From positions 124,001-188,000 of IMG/VR virus record IMGVR_UViG_3300008111_000002: DNA of 64,000 bases; one strand, 5' to 3'. The position numbers and the translations under genes were made by a program. The notes under the pieces are model-generated. The model was not told the origin of the DNA. It ran no database searches and was given only the letters and a program-made list of their open reading frames with translations. Shown here one piece after another: positions 1-11,389 of this stretch; positions within the stretch are counted from its first letter, which is position 1, and each line of letters starts with the position of its first letter.

Positions 1-187
1 GTTAATGACAGATACATCTAGTACTACAGCATACTTTATTAAAGAAACAATTATTCCACCGTTTCAAACGTTAAGAGCAATCAATGGTGGAGAAAAATTA
101 ATTTTAATGAGCGATAACGAAATGAAAGTTGTCAGTACAAAACCAGATTCTGTTGACGTTGTTGTAAGTTACGTAGAAATTACATAA
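1..187 (+). CDS. C-terminal part of a small virion structural protein (probably truncated by the window edge)
   Basis: Frame is open to the window start. The beta-rich end GEKLILM...SVDVVVSYVEIT resembles small fibre-associated proteins of T4-like phages. Confidence 0.5.
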   Translation, partial: LMTDTSSTTAYFIKETIIPPFQTLRAINGGEKLILMSDNEMKVVSTKPDSVDVVVSYVEIT

Positions 188-199
188 GGAATTATAAAA

Positions 200-574
200 A
201 TGAGTCAAACATATTACGTTGGCGCACCAGATCTAGGCTCAATGCTTGGTGAAGGTAATATTAGATATTTTTACGGACTTCGTCGCGATGCAGAAGGTAA
301 CATTTTTTTAAGTAAAGTTGACCAGGTCTTGGGAGACGATATAGTTCCTATTAATGTTGCCGGACCGTTTGACGAAAATTTTAATGATTTTGAATTTGGT
401 GTTGATTTTTTTGATGGTACATTAGAAGATAAAACAAAACCATACCCAAATTTATATTTTGATCAATATAAGTGGGACGAGCGTAACATTTATTATTATA
501 TCAATGAGAATGGTGAACTAGTAGCACGTATCAATAAAAAATACGATTATAGTTTAGTAGATGTTGGACAATAA
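200..574 (+). CDS. hypothetical protein (structural region)
   Basis: 124-aa ORF with AGGA RBS, lying between structural genes. Confidence 0.6.
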   Translation: MSQTYYVGAPDLGSMLGEGNIRYFYGLRRDAEGNIFLSKVDQVLGDDIVPINVAGPFDENFNDFEFGVDFFDGTLEDKTKPYPNLYFDQYKWDERNIYYYINENGELVARINKKYDYSLVDVGQ

Positions 575-577
575 ATA
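572..577 (+). promoter_or_regulatory. T4-like late promoter core (TAAATA)
   Basis: ATAAATA 21 nt upstream of the ATG at 599, followed by a GAGGA RBS; overlaps the upstream TAA stop. Confidence 0.5.
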
Positions 578-598
578 TAAAATTAACGAGGATTAACC

Positions 599-3500
599 AT
601 GGCAGAGTTTAAATTAGGTAGATTGCGTTTTGTATGGAAGAATACATGGACAACATCTACTGCATATGTTAAAGACGATATTGTAAGATATGGTGGCAAG
701 GCTTATGTGTGCGTATCAAGTCACACATCATCTGCAACCGTAGCAGGGGGCTTTTATAGCGATTTATCCACTAGATGGCAGTTAATGAATGACGGTATTC
801 AGTGGGCACAAGCGTGGGCGACCAGTACATATTATAAAGTTGCCGACGTAGTCAAGTACGGAGGCCGCGCTTATATTTGTATTACTGGTCACACTTCTGC
901 TGCTACCGCTGCACTGGGACTAGAACAAAACTCTGCCAACTGGGAAGTTTTAGTAGACGGTATTGCATTTGGCGGTGCATGGTCTTCTGCTGTAAGATAT
1001 AAAGTTAACGATGTTGTTAGTTATGGCGGACAGTTATACATCTGTAATTTACATCACACTAGTACATCAACATTTGATGTAGCTAAGTTCACATTATTTG
1101 CGTCTGGTCTACAATTTGAAGGAGCATATGCTGGAGGCACTTCATATCAACCAGGTGACGTTGTAACATACGGTTCAAACTCATATGTAGCAGTACAGAC
1201 CACATTAGGGAATTTGCCAACTGATCCAGTATACTGGACTGCAATCACAACCGGTGTTCAATTTAGAGGTGCTTACGCAGGAGGGACTGCATATAGAAAA
1301 GGTGATATTGTTAGTTTTGGAGCACATACGTTCGTTGCCAAACAAGATACCACAGGCAATGCTCCAAGTAATGCAACTTTCTGGGATACGCTTAATACTG
1401 GCTCTAAATTTAGCGGCACTTATGCCGGCGGAACAACTTATAATATTGGGGAAGTTGTTCAATACGGCGGATACCAATATATTGCAAAACAAACCACTAC
1501 AGGAAATCTTCCAACTAATGCAACCTATTGGGATGTACTAGTTAAAGGTTATACTTACGTTGGTACTTACAGTACTGCCGGTACTTATAAACCAGGTGAA
1601 TTAGTTGATTATGGTGGTAGTATCTATGCAGCCAAAGTTGATGTAGCAATTAATCAAGAACCATCAGATAATACCAAATGGGATTTATTTGCCAAAGGAT
1701 TCCAGTTTAGAGGAATATGGACAGGAGCTCCAGCACATCCGTATGTTCCAGGAGATTTAGTAAAATACGGCGGACATGTATATGTTAATATTTTAACAGC
1801 AACAAACCAAGTTCCGACAAATGCCACATATTGGACAAAATTTGTCGACGGTTTATCGTTTGTGGGAAATTACGCAAACGCTACAGCTTACAAACCAGGC
1901 GAAGCTGTTAGATACGGTGGTCGTGTTTATCTTTGTATCCTAGCGCACACATCAGATAACGCAACCAATATTGAACCACCAAATGCTACATACTGGGAAC
2001 TATTAAGTTCTGGTATGAAATGGATGGGCACTTGGAGTGCCGGCACTGAATATGATTTAGATGATGTTGTTTCATACTTACAGAGTTCGTATATTTCTAT
2101 TGTTAGTGATAATATTGGAAACGATCCAGTTTCGTCGCCCGGTTCGTGGCAGCTAGTTGCTCAAACAGGTGACTTAGGTCCTGTTTTAACAACCACGGGC
2201 GATACTTATTTTAGAAACTCGGCTGGCTCAGTAGCAAGATTACCAATTGGTACTAATGGTCAAATTTTGGTAGCCAGTGCAGCTGGAATTCCTGGATACG
2301 AAAATAATAATCAAACAGCAAATGTCTATTATGTCACTCCCGAAGGTAGTAATAGTAATAACGGCAGAACACTGAATCGTGCATTTGCATCTATTAGATA
2401 TGCCTGCACACAAGTCACTGGACCCGCAACAATTTATGTTAAGAGCGGAACTTATACAGAACAACTACCTATTGTAGTACCGGCTAGCGTTTCAATCGTT
2501 GGCGACGGTGTAAGAACTACTACTGTAACAGCAGCCGCAGGAACTAGTACAGACGGATCAACATTGAACAGTAGAACAACTATGTTCTTAATGAGTAATG
2601 CTTCGATGGTAAAAGATCTAAATTGTACAGGCATGAACGGGTTTGCAATAAGTGGCGGAACACCAACTAGTATTGAAGCAGCGACTAGAGGCGGTGTATT
2701 CTTTGCACTAAATCCTGACAGTCCTGTAACTACTAAGAGTCCATATATTCAGGATGTTACTACATTTTCTACCGCAGGCATTGGTGCGTTAATTGACGGC
2801 GGAGTTCATAATACCGGCAATAAATCAATGGTCCTAAGTAACTTTACATGTATCAACGATGGGGGTGTTGGAGTCTGGACCAGACATGCAGCTAAAGCAG
2901 AACTAGTTTCTGTGTTCACTTATTATTGTGTGTTTGGATATGCTTCATCAGACGGTGGTCAAATTCGTGCATTAAACGGTAATAATAGTTACGGAACTTA
3001 TGGATCAGCATCAGAAGGATTTGATACATTTGAAACTCCGGTGACTGGTGTATTGCATGGCGGACTAATTACATATCAAAGTATCGTTGGCGGTTCGTTT
3101 AGTCCAGGGCAGACAATTACTGGTAGTGTATCAGGAGCCACTGGAACGGTATTGAGTTCGCAAGAGGGTGTTAGCAGAATTTATTATAAAGCAGTATCTA
3201 ATACATTCCAAGCAGGCGAAACTGTTTCAAATGGTTCTGGAGTAAGCGCAGTTATTGCCACCGGCGGTGTAACAGGACAGAAAGGATTTGTATTAGCATT
3301 ATCTGGATTTAGTTCTGAACCTAGACCAGGTGGCAGTATTACAATTGCCGGCGATTCTCAACCATATATTATTCAAACGGTTGCTGATTATTCAGCAGGT
3401 GGTAGTGGTTATAAACCTGCAGGTTATGCGTTGGTAATTTTAACAACAGAAAAATTAACAGCAAGCGCAGATACTACCGCAGTTACTCTAAGATACAGAT

Positions 3501-3943
3501 TTAGTACAGTCAGACTAACAGGTCACGACTTTTTAAGTGTTGGTACCGGTGGCATTAGTACTACTAATTACCCAGGTGTTCCTTCACAAGCAGCATCACA
3601 AGTAAATGAAGTTATTGAAACATATCCGGGTCGTGTTTATTATGTTACAACAGACCAAGATGGTAATTTCAGAGTTGGTGAATACTTTAAAGTCGATCAA
3701 GCAACTGGTAAAGCAACGTTAAATGCAAGTGCATTCGATCTAAGCGGTTTGACCAGTTTAAGATTAGGTAGTATTGGAGCTCAGTTAGGTGAATTGGTTA
3801 ACGAATTTTCATCAGACACCACACTAAGCGGAAATTCAAATTCAGCAGTTCCAACAGAGGCAGCAGTTAAATCGTATGTTGATACAAACAATACGCAAAC
3901 AAACGTTAACTCGATCGCTTACGCCATTGCGTTAGGCGGATAA
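599..3943 (+). CDS. tail fibre/tailspike-like protein: 10 N-terminal carbohydrate-binding-module-like repeats, a pectin-lyase-like beta-helix and a C-terminal AIALGG
   Basis: Repeats W/Y-x4-Y-x2-GD-V-V-x-YGG-x-Y. The segment VYYVTPEGSNSNNGRTLNRAFASIRYA...TIYVKSGTYTE...VSIVGDG is typical of a beta-helix N-cap. Confidence 0.75.
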   Translation: MAEFKLGRLRFVWKNTWTTSTAYVKDDIVRYGGKAYVCVSSHTSSATVAGGFYSDLSTRWQLMNDGIQWAQAWATSTYYKVADVVKYGGRAYICITGHTSAATAALGLEQNSANWEVLVDGIAFGGAWSSAVRYKVNDVVSYGGQLYICNLHHTSTSTFDVAKFTLFASGLQFEGAYAGGTSYQPGDVVTYGSNSYVAVQTTLGNLPTDPVYWTAITTGVQFRGAYAGGTAYRKGDIVSFGAHTFVAKQDTTGNAPSNATFWDTLNTGSKFSGTYAGGTTYNIGEVVQYGGYQYIAKQTTTGNLPTNATYWDVLVKGYTYVGTYSTAGTYKPGELVDYGGSIYAAKVDVAINQEPSDNTKWDLFAKGFQFRGIWTGAPAHPYVPGDLVKYGGHVYVNILTATNQVPTNATYWTKFVDGLSFVGNYANATAYKPGEAVRYGGRVYLCILAHTSDNATNIEPPNATYWELLSSGMKWMGTWSAGTEYDLDDVVSYLQSSYISIVSDNIGNDPVSSPGSWQLVAQTGDLGPVLTTTGDTYFRNSAGSVARLPIGTNGQILVASAAGIPGYENNNQTANVYYVTPEGSNSNNGRTLNRAFASIRYACTQVTGPATIYVKSGTYTEQLPIVVPASVSIVGDGVRTTTVTAAAGTSTDGSTLNSRTTMFLMSNASMVKDLNCTGMNGFAISGGTPTSIEAATRGGVFFALNPDSPVTTKSPYIQDVTTFSTAGIGALIDGGVHNTGNKSMVLSNFTCINDGGVGVWTRHAAKAELVSVFTYYCVFGYASSDGGQIRALNGNNSYGTYGSASEGFDTFETPVTGVLHGGLITYQSIVGGSFSPGQTITGSVSGATGTVLSSQEGVSRIYYKAVSNTFQAGETVSNGSGVSAVIATGGVTGQKGFVLALSGFSSEPRPGGSITIAGDSQPYIIQTVADYSAGGSGYKPAGYALVILTTEKLTASADTTAVTLRYRFSTVRLTGHDFLSVGTGGISTTNYPGVPSQAASQVNEVIETYPGRVYYVTTDQDGNFRVGEYFKVDQATGKATLNASAFDLSGLTSLRLGSIGAQLGELVNEFSSDTTLSGNSNSAVPTEAAVKSYVDTNNTQTNVNSIAYAIALGG
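632..2160 (+). repeat. ten ~47-55 aa tandem protein repeats (CBM5/12-like)
   Basis: Ten units counted from WKNTWTTSTAYVKDDIVRYGG to WMGTWSAGTEYDLDDVVSYLQ; boundaries approximate. Confidence 0.8.
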
Positions 3944-3946
3944 ATA
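3941..3946 (+). promoter_or_regulatory. T4-like late promoter core (TAAATA)
   Basis: Overlaps the TAA of the upstream gene; AAGGA RBS follows before the ATG at 3966. Confidence 0.45.
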
Positions 3947-3965
3947 TTAAAAAGGATAGAAATAA

Positions 3966-6900
3966 ATGGCTAAGACACTAGTTTTCAATTATACATTTAC
4001 ACCGGGATCAGATTCTATCACGGTCGATGGTAACGTTTCACCTAAAAGGGTGTTGTTAATCACAAACGTTACAAAAAACATTATTTTGTTTAACTTTGCT
4101 GATACTACAAAGAAAATTATCAGTGCAACTTATAGTACTGCAAACGATACAACTACGTTTGTTTTACAATACGATTGTGCAGCAATGCTTGCTGGTGATA
4201 ATCTACAGATTTTCATTGAACAAGATTTCAACGAAATAGAACCAAGCCCGACATTTACAGATCCTGTATCTAAGATGCGTGTTTCACAACCAAACACACT
4301 TATTGATACGGACTTTGAATACGGTTTGCAATCTACCAAGTGGGAAACCGTAGAGCGCATGAATGAAGTTCCAGCGTTCCATAGCATTTTAGGTGATACT
4401 CCGTTAACAAACATTGTTGGCATCACAACCAGTGGTACAAGAATTGTAACAGTAACAACCAGTGTTGCACACGGTATTGTTACTGGTATTCCTATTGATG
4501 TAAGAGGAGTAGGTTCTCCGTCTGCTGAAGGTACATTTGTAGTTAAAAGAACTACAGATTTAACATTCACTTACGAAGCTCGTGCTGTTCAACCAGGTAA
4601 TGTTGCCGTTCCGGCTAGTATTTTTACTCCATATGTAACAATTACATTGGGTAGATTCTATGTAGGATCGCAAGTAGATTTAGATAATTCTGTTGCAAAC
4701 ACCACAGGTATGTTAGTTACTAACGGTTCTAATCCTAGTACCTTAACAGCCTACACTGAACAAAGACATGGCTTTCCAGCAAACAGTACATTCTATTTGG
4801 TAAACAGTCTTGCTAATTTAAAATTAGATTTTAATCCAGTTTCTTTAACTACAGGAACAGGCGAAGTTGACGATCGTATAACTTTAGCAGGAACAAACGC
4901 TGTGTTTACAGCCACTACTAGTACAACAACACTGACCGTTACAGTATTGACCAGTGGAGTGTTAACTATTGGATCTGTTATTACTGGTGGAACATTTACT
5001 CCGGGCTGTATCATTACTGCATTCGGTACTGGAGTAGGCGGTACTGGTACGTATACAATCAGTCAATCAAATACCAACGGTAGTGCGGTATCATATACAG
5101 CAACCAGTTACGGAACTGGCTATTTTAATCCAACTGAGCCATTCCACACCGGTTCAATCAGAAGAAATATTACTCAGCTTGATATTAACATTTCAACAGG
5201 CGTAATTACTATGGCTAAACACGGTCTAGTAACTGGAGACATGGTGGCTTATGTTGGTGTTAGCCCAGCTGGAGTGTTGCCTCAGGTCAATGCTAATGCA
5301 TCTACATGGTTCAACTATGCTGGTGGTCAAATACCACAATACGGTACTGCGGTAAGTGCTACATTGGGCAAATTTATGTTTGTTAATGTAACAGGACCAG
5401 ATACTTTCAAGTTATACATGAACCCAAAAGATGCATATGCCGATACAAGTCAATTAGTTTTTAACGGTATTGGATCAGGTACTCATACATTTGCATTGTT
5501 TAGACGCGGTACTGATGTAATTCCTAATATTGCTTCTATTGAATCAGTTAATGCAACTTCAGTTTATATTGTTACATTAACAGCTGGAAATACATGTCAA
5601 GGACTTAATATTTTTCCTAAACAGCAAATTACAGTTAGCGGGGCAGATGTTGCAGCATTAAACGGTGTATTTAGAGTTATCTCTACCAGTTTTGATAGAA
5701 ATGGCACTACTTTTAGAATGCAGGGACCAACCAATGCAGCTGGTGTTGATATCAATGCAACTGCCAGTCAAGTTTACACTGTATTAAATTCTGGTGGCAA
5801 TGGTACAACCAGTTTTAACAGATATGATGCTGTAACAGGATTCGGTATTAGAGCACAACTACATGAAGATCCGCTTTGGAATAGACATCGTGCGTCTATT
5901 GACGATTGGAGATCTAAAACTGGTAAATGGTTTACTCTGCAACACTGCGGTATTACTGCCAATAGCGATGCAATCTACATTAAAAATCACGGTTTAGAAA
6001 CTGGTGAGCCAGTAATTTTTCAAAACTATGGGCAAGCCAATAGTGGTGGAACTAACGTTCCTACAGGTGATGCAATCTATTTTGTCAATAGAGTAGACGC
6101 TGACTCATTTGAACTATTTTGGGGTGAAAACGTTTCAGTAGCAACAGGACCTTACGCCAGTGCAACTTCTGGTAGTAAACTTGACTTTAGTGCATTGACC
6201 ACAATTGCAGGCGGTTTTATGTGTATTCAGCCAGGATTTACTGTAAACACATTTACTGCAACAGCAACAGGTGGAAGCGGAGCAGCACGTGATCGTGTTG
6301 TCTGTCAATATCAAACTGTGCCAGCAAATATCTACGAAGGACAGAAAATTATTCTAAAATTAGGTGCTGGACCAAGTGCCGCGCCAACTGGCGTGACTAC
6401 CAGTGCCAATACTTTTGGTGCTTTTCAATATTACTATGTAAGAAATGTATGGACTGGTGACGGTGTTGTAGAATTTTCTATTAGCTTAACTCCTACAGGC
6501 TCACCAGTTGACTTTAGTGGCGGTACAATTACCTCTGGTGTCGGTGGCACAGGTGTTACGGGTGGCGGAAGATTTTTCTGCTGCGCAATTGATGAAAATC
6601 CATTTAGCAACAGCTTCTTCCTAGCAAATCACGGCGGAGTACAGACAAATCAACGTGTTGGAAATCTTTCAGGATCCACTGATTTAGTTACAGGAATTGC
6701 ATCACAGGGTGTATATCCTACTGGCCCAGATTATCCTGGTCCACTATTTGACACAGTAACTGATGCAACTGGTGCTAACTGGCCAAGAATTCGTACATAT
6801 CTAACACAGCCTACACAGGTTATTCCTGGATTGACCAGCGGTAGTCAGTACTACATGGTTCCAATCACCAATGATATCTTTAAGGTTCATCTGTTATCGG

Positions 6901-9900
6901 CTGCGTTACCAACAGGTAACCCAACAGTACAGTTAAGCGGAATTGTTCAAACAACTAATGCTTGTACACCAATGGCATTTACTGCACCATTTGTTCAAAA
7001 CATTTACGCCAACAGATTTGTAGTACCTATTCAAGATCAGGTGTTTGTTGATGGTGCTGTTATTCGTTATAAAAATAACGGCGGACTTGATTTAGGTAGC
7101 GGCCTGTCTGGATACCCTGGTCTTGTTAACAACACACAATATATTGTTAGAAATGTTAATAATACTATTCTATGGAATATATCTGGAACATTAAGTGCTG
7201 CAACTGCTGTTGCAACTAGTTTGACAATTACTACCAACACTGGATTAGCAATAGGTGACACTATTAAAGTAGGTACCGAGTTTATTTTAATTACTAACAT
7301 TTCAGGTACTACACTAACAGTTACCAGAGCACAACGAGCAACAACTGCTGCTGCTATTGTAGAAGGAGCATTAGTTGAAAAACTATACGGAAGTTTCCAA
7401 CTATTTGAAACAGAAGCTGGACGTAGTAGACAACTTACAGCCGGTGCCGGTGATGCTACCAACGATTGGTGGACTGTTACTACTCATAACTTAAAAGCAG
7501 GTGAAACTGTAACTGTTGCTGCAACCACAGGCGGTGTTGCTACAGGTGTTAGCGCAGGTAACGGTGTAGTTTATTTTGCAATTATCTTTAATGCGAATAC
7601 ATTTGGATTAGCATTGACACCGGCATTGGCTTATGCAGGATTCCCAATTGATATTACAACTGCAGGTACTAACTGGACATTTATACATTTCTATAATGCT
7701 GTTCCTATCCAAGGTTTAGCCAGCAGTGCTATTGACCATACTTTTGAAGATGTATCGTCTACTGGAACTTTAGATGGCGGTTATACTGCTACCAGCGTTG
7801 GAAATAATACTATTGCTTTACCGATAGGTACTACAGTTTCAAATAGAATATTCTACTTTGAACCTGCAGATTATCTACAAATGGAAACCGGTGAATTCCA
7901 AATTACAAATCATGGATTTAATACTGGTACCAAAGTAACCTACTCAAAAGGAGCATTAGCCAACGCTATTGGTGAAGGTACAGTTCCTCCAACAGGTAAC
8001 AACACTTATAATAGTCTAATCAATAATACTGCATATTATGTAATTAGAACCGGTTTAGACAGTTTCCAATTAGCAACTACCAAAGCAAATGCATTGGCAG
8101 GAATTGCTATTACTAGATTTGCAAGTTTAGGAAGTGCCGGAGCCCATACATTTACTACAGATCAGGTATTTGGCGAAAGCTTATCGGGTGGACTAGCAAC
8201 AATTGTAGCCAGAGATTTAATTGTTAACGGTAGCTCAGCAGCTACAGTGTTAGCTTCATCGGATCGTATTAATTTTACTTCACACGGTTTAGTAACTGGT
8301 GACAGAGTAATTTATAGAGTATGGGCCGGTGGTCGTGTAATTAACGGTCTGGTTGATGGACGCCAGTATTTTGTTAATAATACTGCATCTGGTGCACCTA
8401 GGGGCGGTGGTGGCGCATCAGCGGCCAACAACTTCTCTCTACACAACACTTGGGTTGGTGCGTATACCAATACAGACTTAGTTGATCTTGTTGGTGTAGG
8501 ATTGGGAACTGTTCACCAGTTTAAAGTATCGAATCCGACTCTAAGAGGAACAATTTATAGAGGCGAGTGGAACGCCAGTGATACTTATGTATACGGTGAC
8601 GTTGTTTTATATAACAACACATACTTTATGAGTTTGACTAGTGCCAACACTGGCGCCAGCCAAGTTCCTGTATCACTAACCACTAACTTGGATAATTTAA
8701 GTTGGTTAAGAGTGCCTACATTACCATCATACAGTACTAGATTCCTAGTAAGTTATAGAGGCGGCAATACTGTTAAGGTAAGTAATCAAATTCCAAAACG
8801 TACAATTTATTTTAACGCAAACACTGCACCAAGTGTTGCCAATGATACAATTACAATCACCGCTCACAGATTATTAACAGGTGACGCAGTGCGTTATGAA
8901 ATTGATGCAATTGGCGGAAATCATGCAGGAACAACTCCAGCTGTTGGTACTCAAAGTCAAGTAATTAACACTGCTGGCGCTACTTCGTATCAAACACCAA
9001 TTGGCGGATTAGTAGCTAATAGAATTTACTATGTTAACAGACAAGACGCTAATAATATTACTCTGCACAACACCTACGCTGAAGCTATCGAAGGCGGTAG
9101 TGGTGGTGGCGCAGTTGCTACACAAACAGCAGTAAATATTACAGCAGTAGCTCCAACAGGTAACGCTGCTCATAGATTTGCAGTTATTGAAAACGTAACC
9201 TATGAAATGAATGTATTGTCTGTAGTAAACGATCAAGAAATGATTGTAACTGATCCGTTTACTGCTAGACAAATTCAATTTAATCCACAGGGCAGTTTTG
9301 TTGGTGTGGCTAGCTTGCAAATTGATGTTGTTAATCTTGACACTGATGAAATTTATCTACCAGACCATAATTTATATACTGGTACAAAAGTGGTTTATAC
9401 CTTTGGTTTACCTAACAGTGGTACTGTAATGGCTGGATTAACTGATGGTACTTCCTATTATGTAATTAGAAAAACCAAGGATATCATTCAATTAGCAACC
9501 AACGAAGATAATGCATTGAGAATGATACCAGTTGATATTACAACTCGTGGTACTGGTTTCCAACATTACTTGATTGCATCAACAGTACTAGGTTCTAGCT
9601 ATATTAGATATGACAATACTGGTGCACTGACAACTAATGCACCAACAGGTACGATATTCTTTACTGGTCAACAGGGAAGTAACGTTAGAAACGGTGTGTT
9701 ATTAGCATTACCAATTATTCAGGAAACTGAATTATATGTACGTCCAGATTGTACTAATGTACATAGACCATTTGATGGCGGTGTTGAGATTAATGCATCA
9801 ACTAGTCCAAACGTAAGTATTGTACGTCAGACACGCAAGTATTTCCGCTATCAATCTGGTAAAGGGCTACAATATTCTACAGGTGTTAACTTTAGTCCAA

Positions 9901-11384
9901 GTATTGACGTAAATCGTATCACACACGACGGTACAACTTATGCAACAGTTAAAACACGTAGACCGCATAAATTAGTTGCAACTAATAGAATCAAAATTGA
10001 ACAGGTTGTTGTTGGTTCTGGATCAGCAACTCCGTATACAACTCCAGCAGGCGGACTTGGATATTTTACAGTATTTGATGTAGTTGATGATTTCACTTTC
10101 CGTTATGCTACAAACGGTGTTCCTGGTGATCTTACACCGGGCGGATTTCCAAATCTGTTTGTAACTGAATGGTCGGATGCTCTAGTTCGTGCTGGTATGT
10201 TTGATGATCAGAACGGTCTATTCTACGAATATAACGGACAAGCGTTAGGTTGTGTACGTAGAAGTGCAACTGGACAACTTGGAGGAACTGCTGCAATTAA
10301 TAATAGAGGTAGATTAGTCACAGGTTCCGATACTAATTTCACTAAGCAGTTAGCAGCCGGTGATGTTATTGTAATTAGAGGACAGACTATGAAAGTAGTA
10401 GTTGTAGTCAGTAACACTGAATTACATGTTACACCAAGATACAGAGGAGTGACAGTATCTGGAGCAGTTATTACCAAAGTTGTTGATACCAAGGTTAATC
10501 AAAGTAGTTGGAGTCTTGATAAATGCGATGGTACTGGACCTAGCGGTTTTGTACTTGACGTTAATCGTATGCAAATGGCCTACATTGATTATTCATGGTA
10601 CGGTGCAGGTAAAGTACGTTTTGGATTTAAAGGTCCGGACGGAAAAGTAATTTATGTTCATGAGTTTATTCATAATAATAGAGAAGTAGAAGCATATATG
10701 AGATCTGGTAATTTACCTGCTCGTTACGAGATTAAGAATGGTGCTGCACCAACTTACGCACCAAGCTTATATCACTGGGGTGCTTCGGTAATTATGGATG
10801 GAACATTTGAAGATGATAAGGCATACTTGTTTACTCTTGCAACAGGTTCTGGTGGTAGCGATACTATTAGCATTCCTGCAAACACTAGTGGTACAACTAT
10901 TACTCCAATTTTAAGTCTACGTCTAGCACCAAGTGTTGACAGCAGTATTGTAGGCGCATTGGGTGATCGAGATATTATCAACCGTATGAGTATTACATTA
11001 CAACAGGTAGGTATTGTTGTACAAAATACCAATAGTAGACCTGCTTCAGTAAGATTGATTCTAAACGGTGCATTATCACAACAGGCATATTTTGCTAACT
11101 TTGGTACACCGTCATTAACTCAAGTGATTAAACATACTGGACAAGCAACTGATAGTATTGTGGGCGGAGTTACAATTTATGAATTCCGTGCAACTGCATC
11201 AACTGCTGGAAACGTCACAGTTCAAGATTTGAATGAACTAGTTGATCTAGGAAATTCTGTACTTGGTGGTGACTATGTATTCCCGAACGGTCCTGATGTG
11301 TTAAGTGTTTGTATGGTTCCAACAGATACTTCGGCAGTTACATCAGTTACTGCGCGAATTACTTGGAAAGAATCACAGGCCTAA
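3966..11384 (+). CDS. giant tail fibre/baseplate-associated virion protein (2472 aa), paralogue of 12538..18294
   Basis: Thr/Gly/Ser-rich. Repeated HGLxTGDxVxY...GL..YYV..F.L modules and one CBM-like repeat. Shares DFEYGLQxTKW, HRPFDGGV, RYQSGKG, YSWYGAG and FPNGPDVL blocks with the paralogue. Confidence 0.7.
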   Translation: MAKTLVFNYTFTPGSDSITVDGNVSPKRVLLITNVTKNIILFNFADTTKKIISATYSTANDTTTFVLQYDCAAMLAGDNLQIFIEQDFNEIEPSPTFTDPVSKMRVSQPNTLIDTDFEYGLQSTKWETVERMNEVPAFHSILGDTPLTNIVGITTSGTRIVTVTTSVAHGIVTGIPIDVRGVGSPSAEGTFVVKRTTDLTFTYEARAVQPGNVAVPASIFTPYVTITLGRFYVGSQVDLDNSVANTTGMLVTNGSNPSTLTAYTEQRHGFPANSTFYLVNSLANLKLDFNPVSLTTGTGEVDDRITLAGTNAVFTATTSTTTLTVTVLTSGVLTIGSVITGGTFTPGCIITAFGTGVGGTGTYTISQSNTNGSAVSYTATSYGTGYFNPTEPFHTGSIRRNITQLDINISTGVITMAKHGLVTGDMVAYVGVSPAGVLPQVNANASTWFNYAGGQIPQYGTAVSATLGKFMFVNVTGPDTFKLYMNPKDAYADTSQLVFNGIGSGTHTFALFRRGTDVIPNIASIESVNATSVYIVTLTAGNTCQGLNIFPKQQITVSGADVAALNGVFRVISTSFDRNGTTFRMQGPTNAAGVDINATASQVYTVLNSGGNGTTSFNRYDAVTGFGIRAQLHEDPLWNRHRASIDDWRSKTGKWFTLQHCGITANSDAIYIKNHGLETGEPVIFQNYGQANSGGTNVPTGDAIYFVNRVDADSFELFWGENVSVATGPYASATSGSKLDFSALTTIAGGFMCIQPGFTVNTFTATATGGSGAARDRVVCQYQTVPANIYEGQKIILKLGAGPSAAPTGVTTSANTFGAFQYYYVRNVWTGDGVVEFSISLTPTGSPVDFSGGTITSGVGGTGVTGGGRFFCCAIDENPFSNSFFLANHGGVQTNQRVGNLSGSTDLVTGIASQGVYPTGPDYPGPLFDTVTDATGANWPRIRTYLTQPTQVIPGLTSGSQYYMVPITNDIFKVHLLSAALPTGNPTVQLSGIVQTTNACTPMAFTAPFVQNIYANRFVVPIQDQVFVDGAVIRYKNNGGLDLGSGLSGYPGLVNNTQYIVRNVNNTILWNISGTLSAATAVATSLTITTNTGLAIGDTIKVGTEFILITNISGTTLTVTRAQRATTAAAIVEGALVEKLYGSFQLFETEAGRSRQLTAGAGDATNDWWTVTTHNLKAGETVTVAATTGGVATGVSAGNGVVYFAIIFNANTFGLALTPALAYAGFPIDITTAGTNWTFIHFYNAVPIQGLASSAIDHTFEDVSSTGTLDGGYTATSVGNNTIALPIGTTVSNRIFYFEPADYLQMETGEFQITNHGFNTGTKVTYSKGALANAIGEGTVPPTGNNTYNSLINNTAYYVIRTGLDSFQLATTKANALAGIAITRFASLGSAGAHTFTTDQVFGESLSGGLATIVARDLIVNGSSAATVLASSDRINFTSHGLVTGDRVIYRVWAGGRVINGLVDGRQYFVNNTASGAPRGGGGASAANNFSLHNTWVGAYTNTDLVDLVGVGLGTVHQFKVSNPTLRGTIYRGEWNASDTYVYGDVVLYNNTYFMSLTSANTGASQVPVSLTTNLDNLSWLRVPTLPSYSTRFLVSYRGGNTVKVSNQIPKRTIYFNANTAPSVANDTITITAHRLLTGDAVRYEIDAIGGNHAGTTPAVGTQSQVINTAGATSYQTPIGGLVANRIYYVNRQDANNITLHNTYAEAIEGGSGGGAVATQTAVNITAVAPTGNAAHRFAVIENVTYEMNVLSVVNDQEMIVTDPFTARQIQFNPQGSFVGVASLQIDVVNLDTDEIYLPDHNLYTGTKVVYTFGLPNSGTVMAGLTDGTSYYVIRKTKDIIQLATNEDNALRMIPVDITTRGTGFQHYLIASTVLGSSYIRYDNTGALTTNAPTGTIFFTGQQGSNVRNGVLLALPIIQETELYVRPDCTNVHRPFDGGVEINASTSPNVSIVRQTRKYFRYQSGKGLQYSTGVNFSPSIDVNRITHDGTTYATVKTRRPHKLVATNRIKIEQVVVGSGSATPYTTPAGGLGYFTVFDVVDDFTFRYATNGVPGDLTPGGFPNLFVTEWSDALVRAGMFDDQNGLFYEYNGQALGCVRRSATGQLGGTAAINNRGRLVTGSDTNFTKQLAAGDVIVIRGQTMKVVVVVSNTELHVTPRYRGVTVSGAVITKVVDTKVNQSSWSLDKCDGTGPSGFVLDVNRMQMAYIDYSWYGAGKVRFGFKGPDGKVIYVHEFIHNNREVEAYMRSGNLPARYEIKNGAAPTYAPSLYHWGASVIMDGTFEDDKAYLFTLATGSGGSDTISIPANTSGTTITPILSLRLAPSVDSSIVGALGDRDIINRMSITLQQVGIVVQNTNSRPASVRLILNGALSQQAYFANFGTPSLTQVIKHTGQATDSIVGGVTIYEFRATASTAGNVTVQDLNELVDLGNSVLGGDYVFPNGPDVLSVCMVPTDTSAVTSVTARITWKESQA

Positions 11385-11389
11385 TCAAC

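Noticed and set aside
632-2160. Possible CRISPR array or DNA tandem repeat
   Set aside because: The repeats are degenerate at DNA level and in frame, so they are protein repeats. No identical direct repeats with spacers were found in the window.
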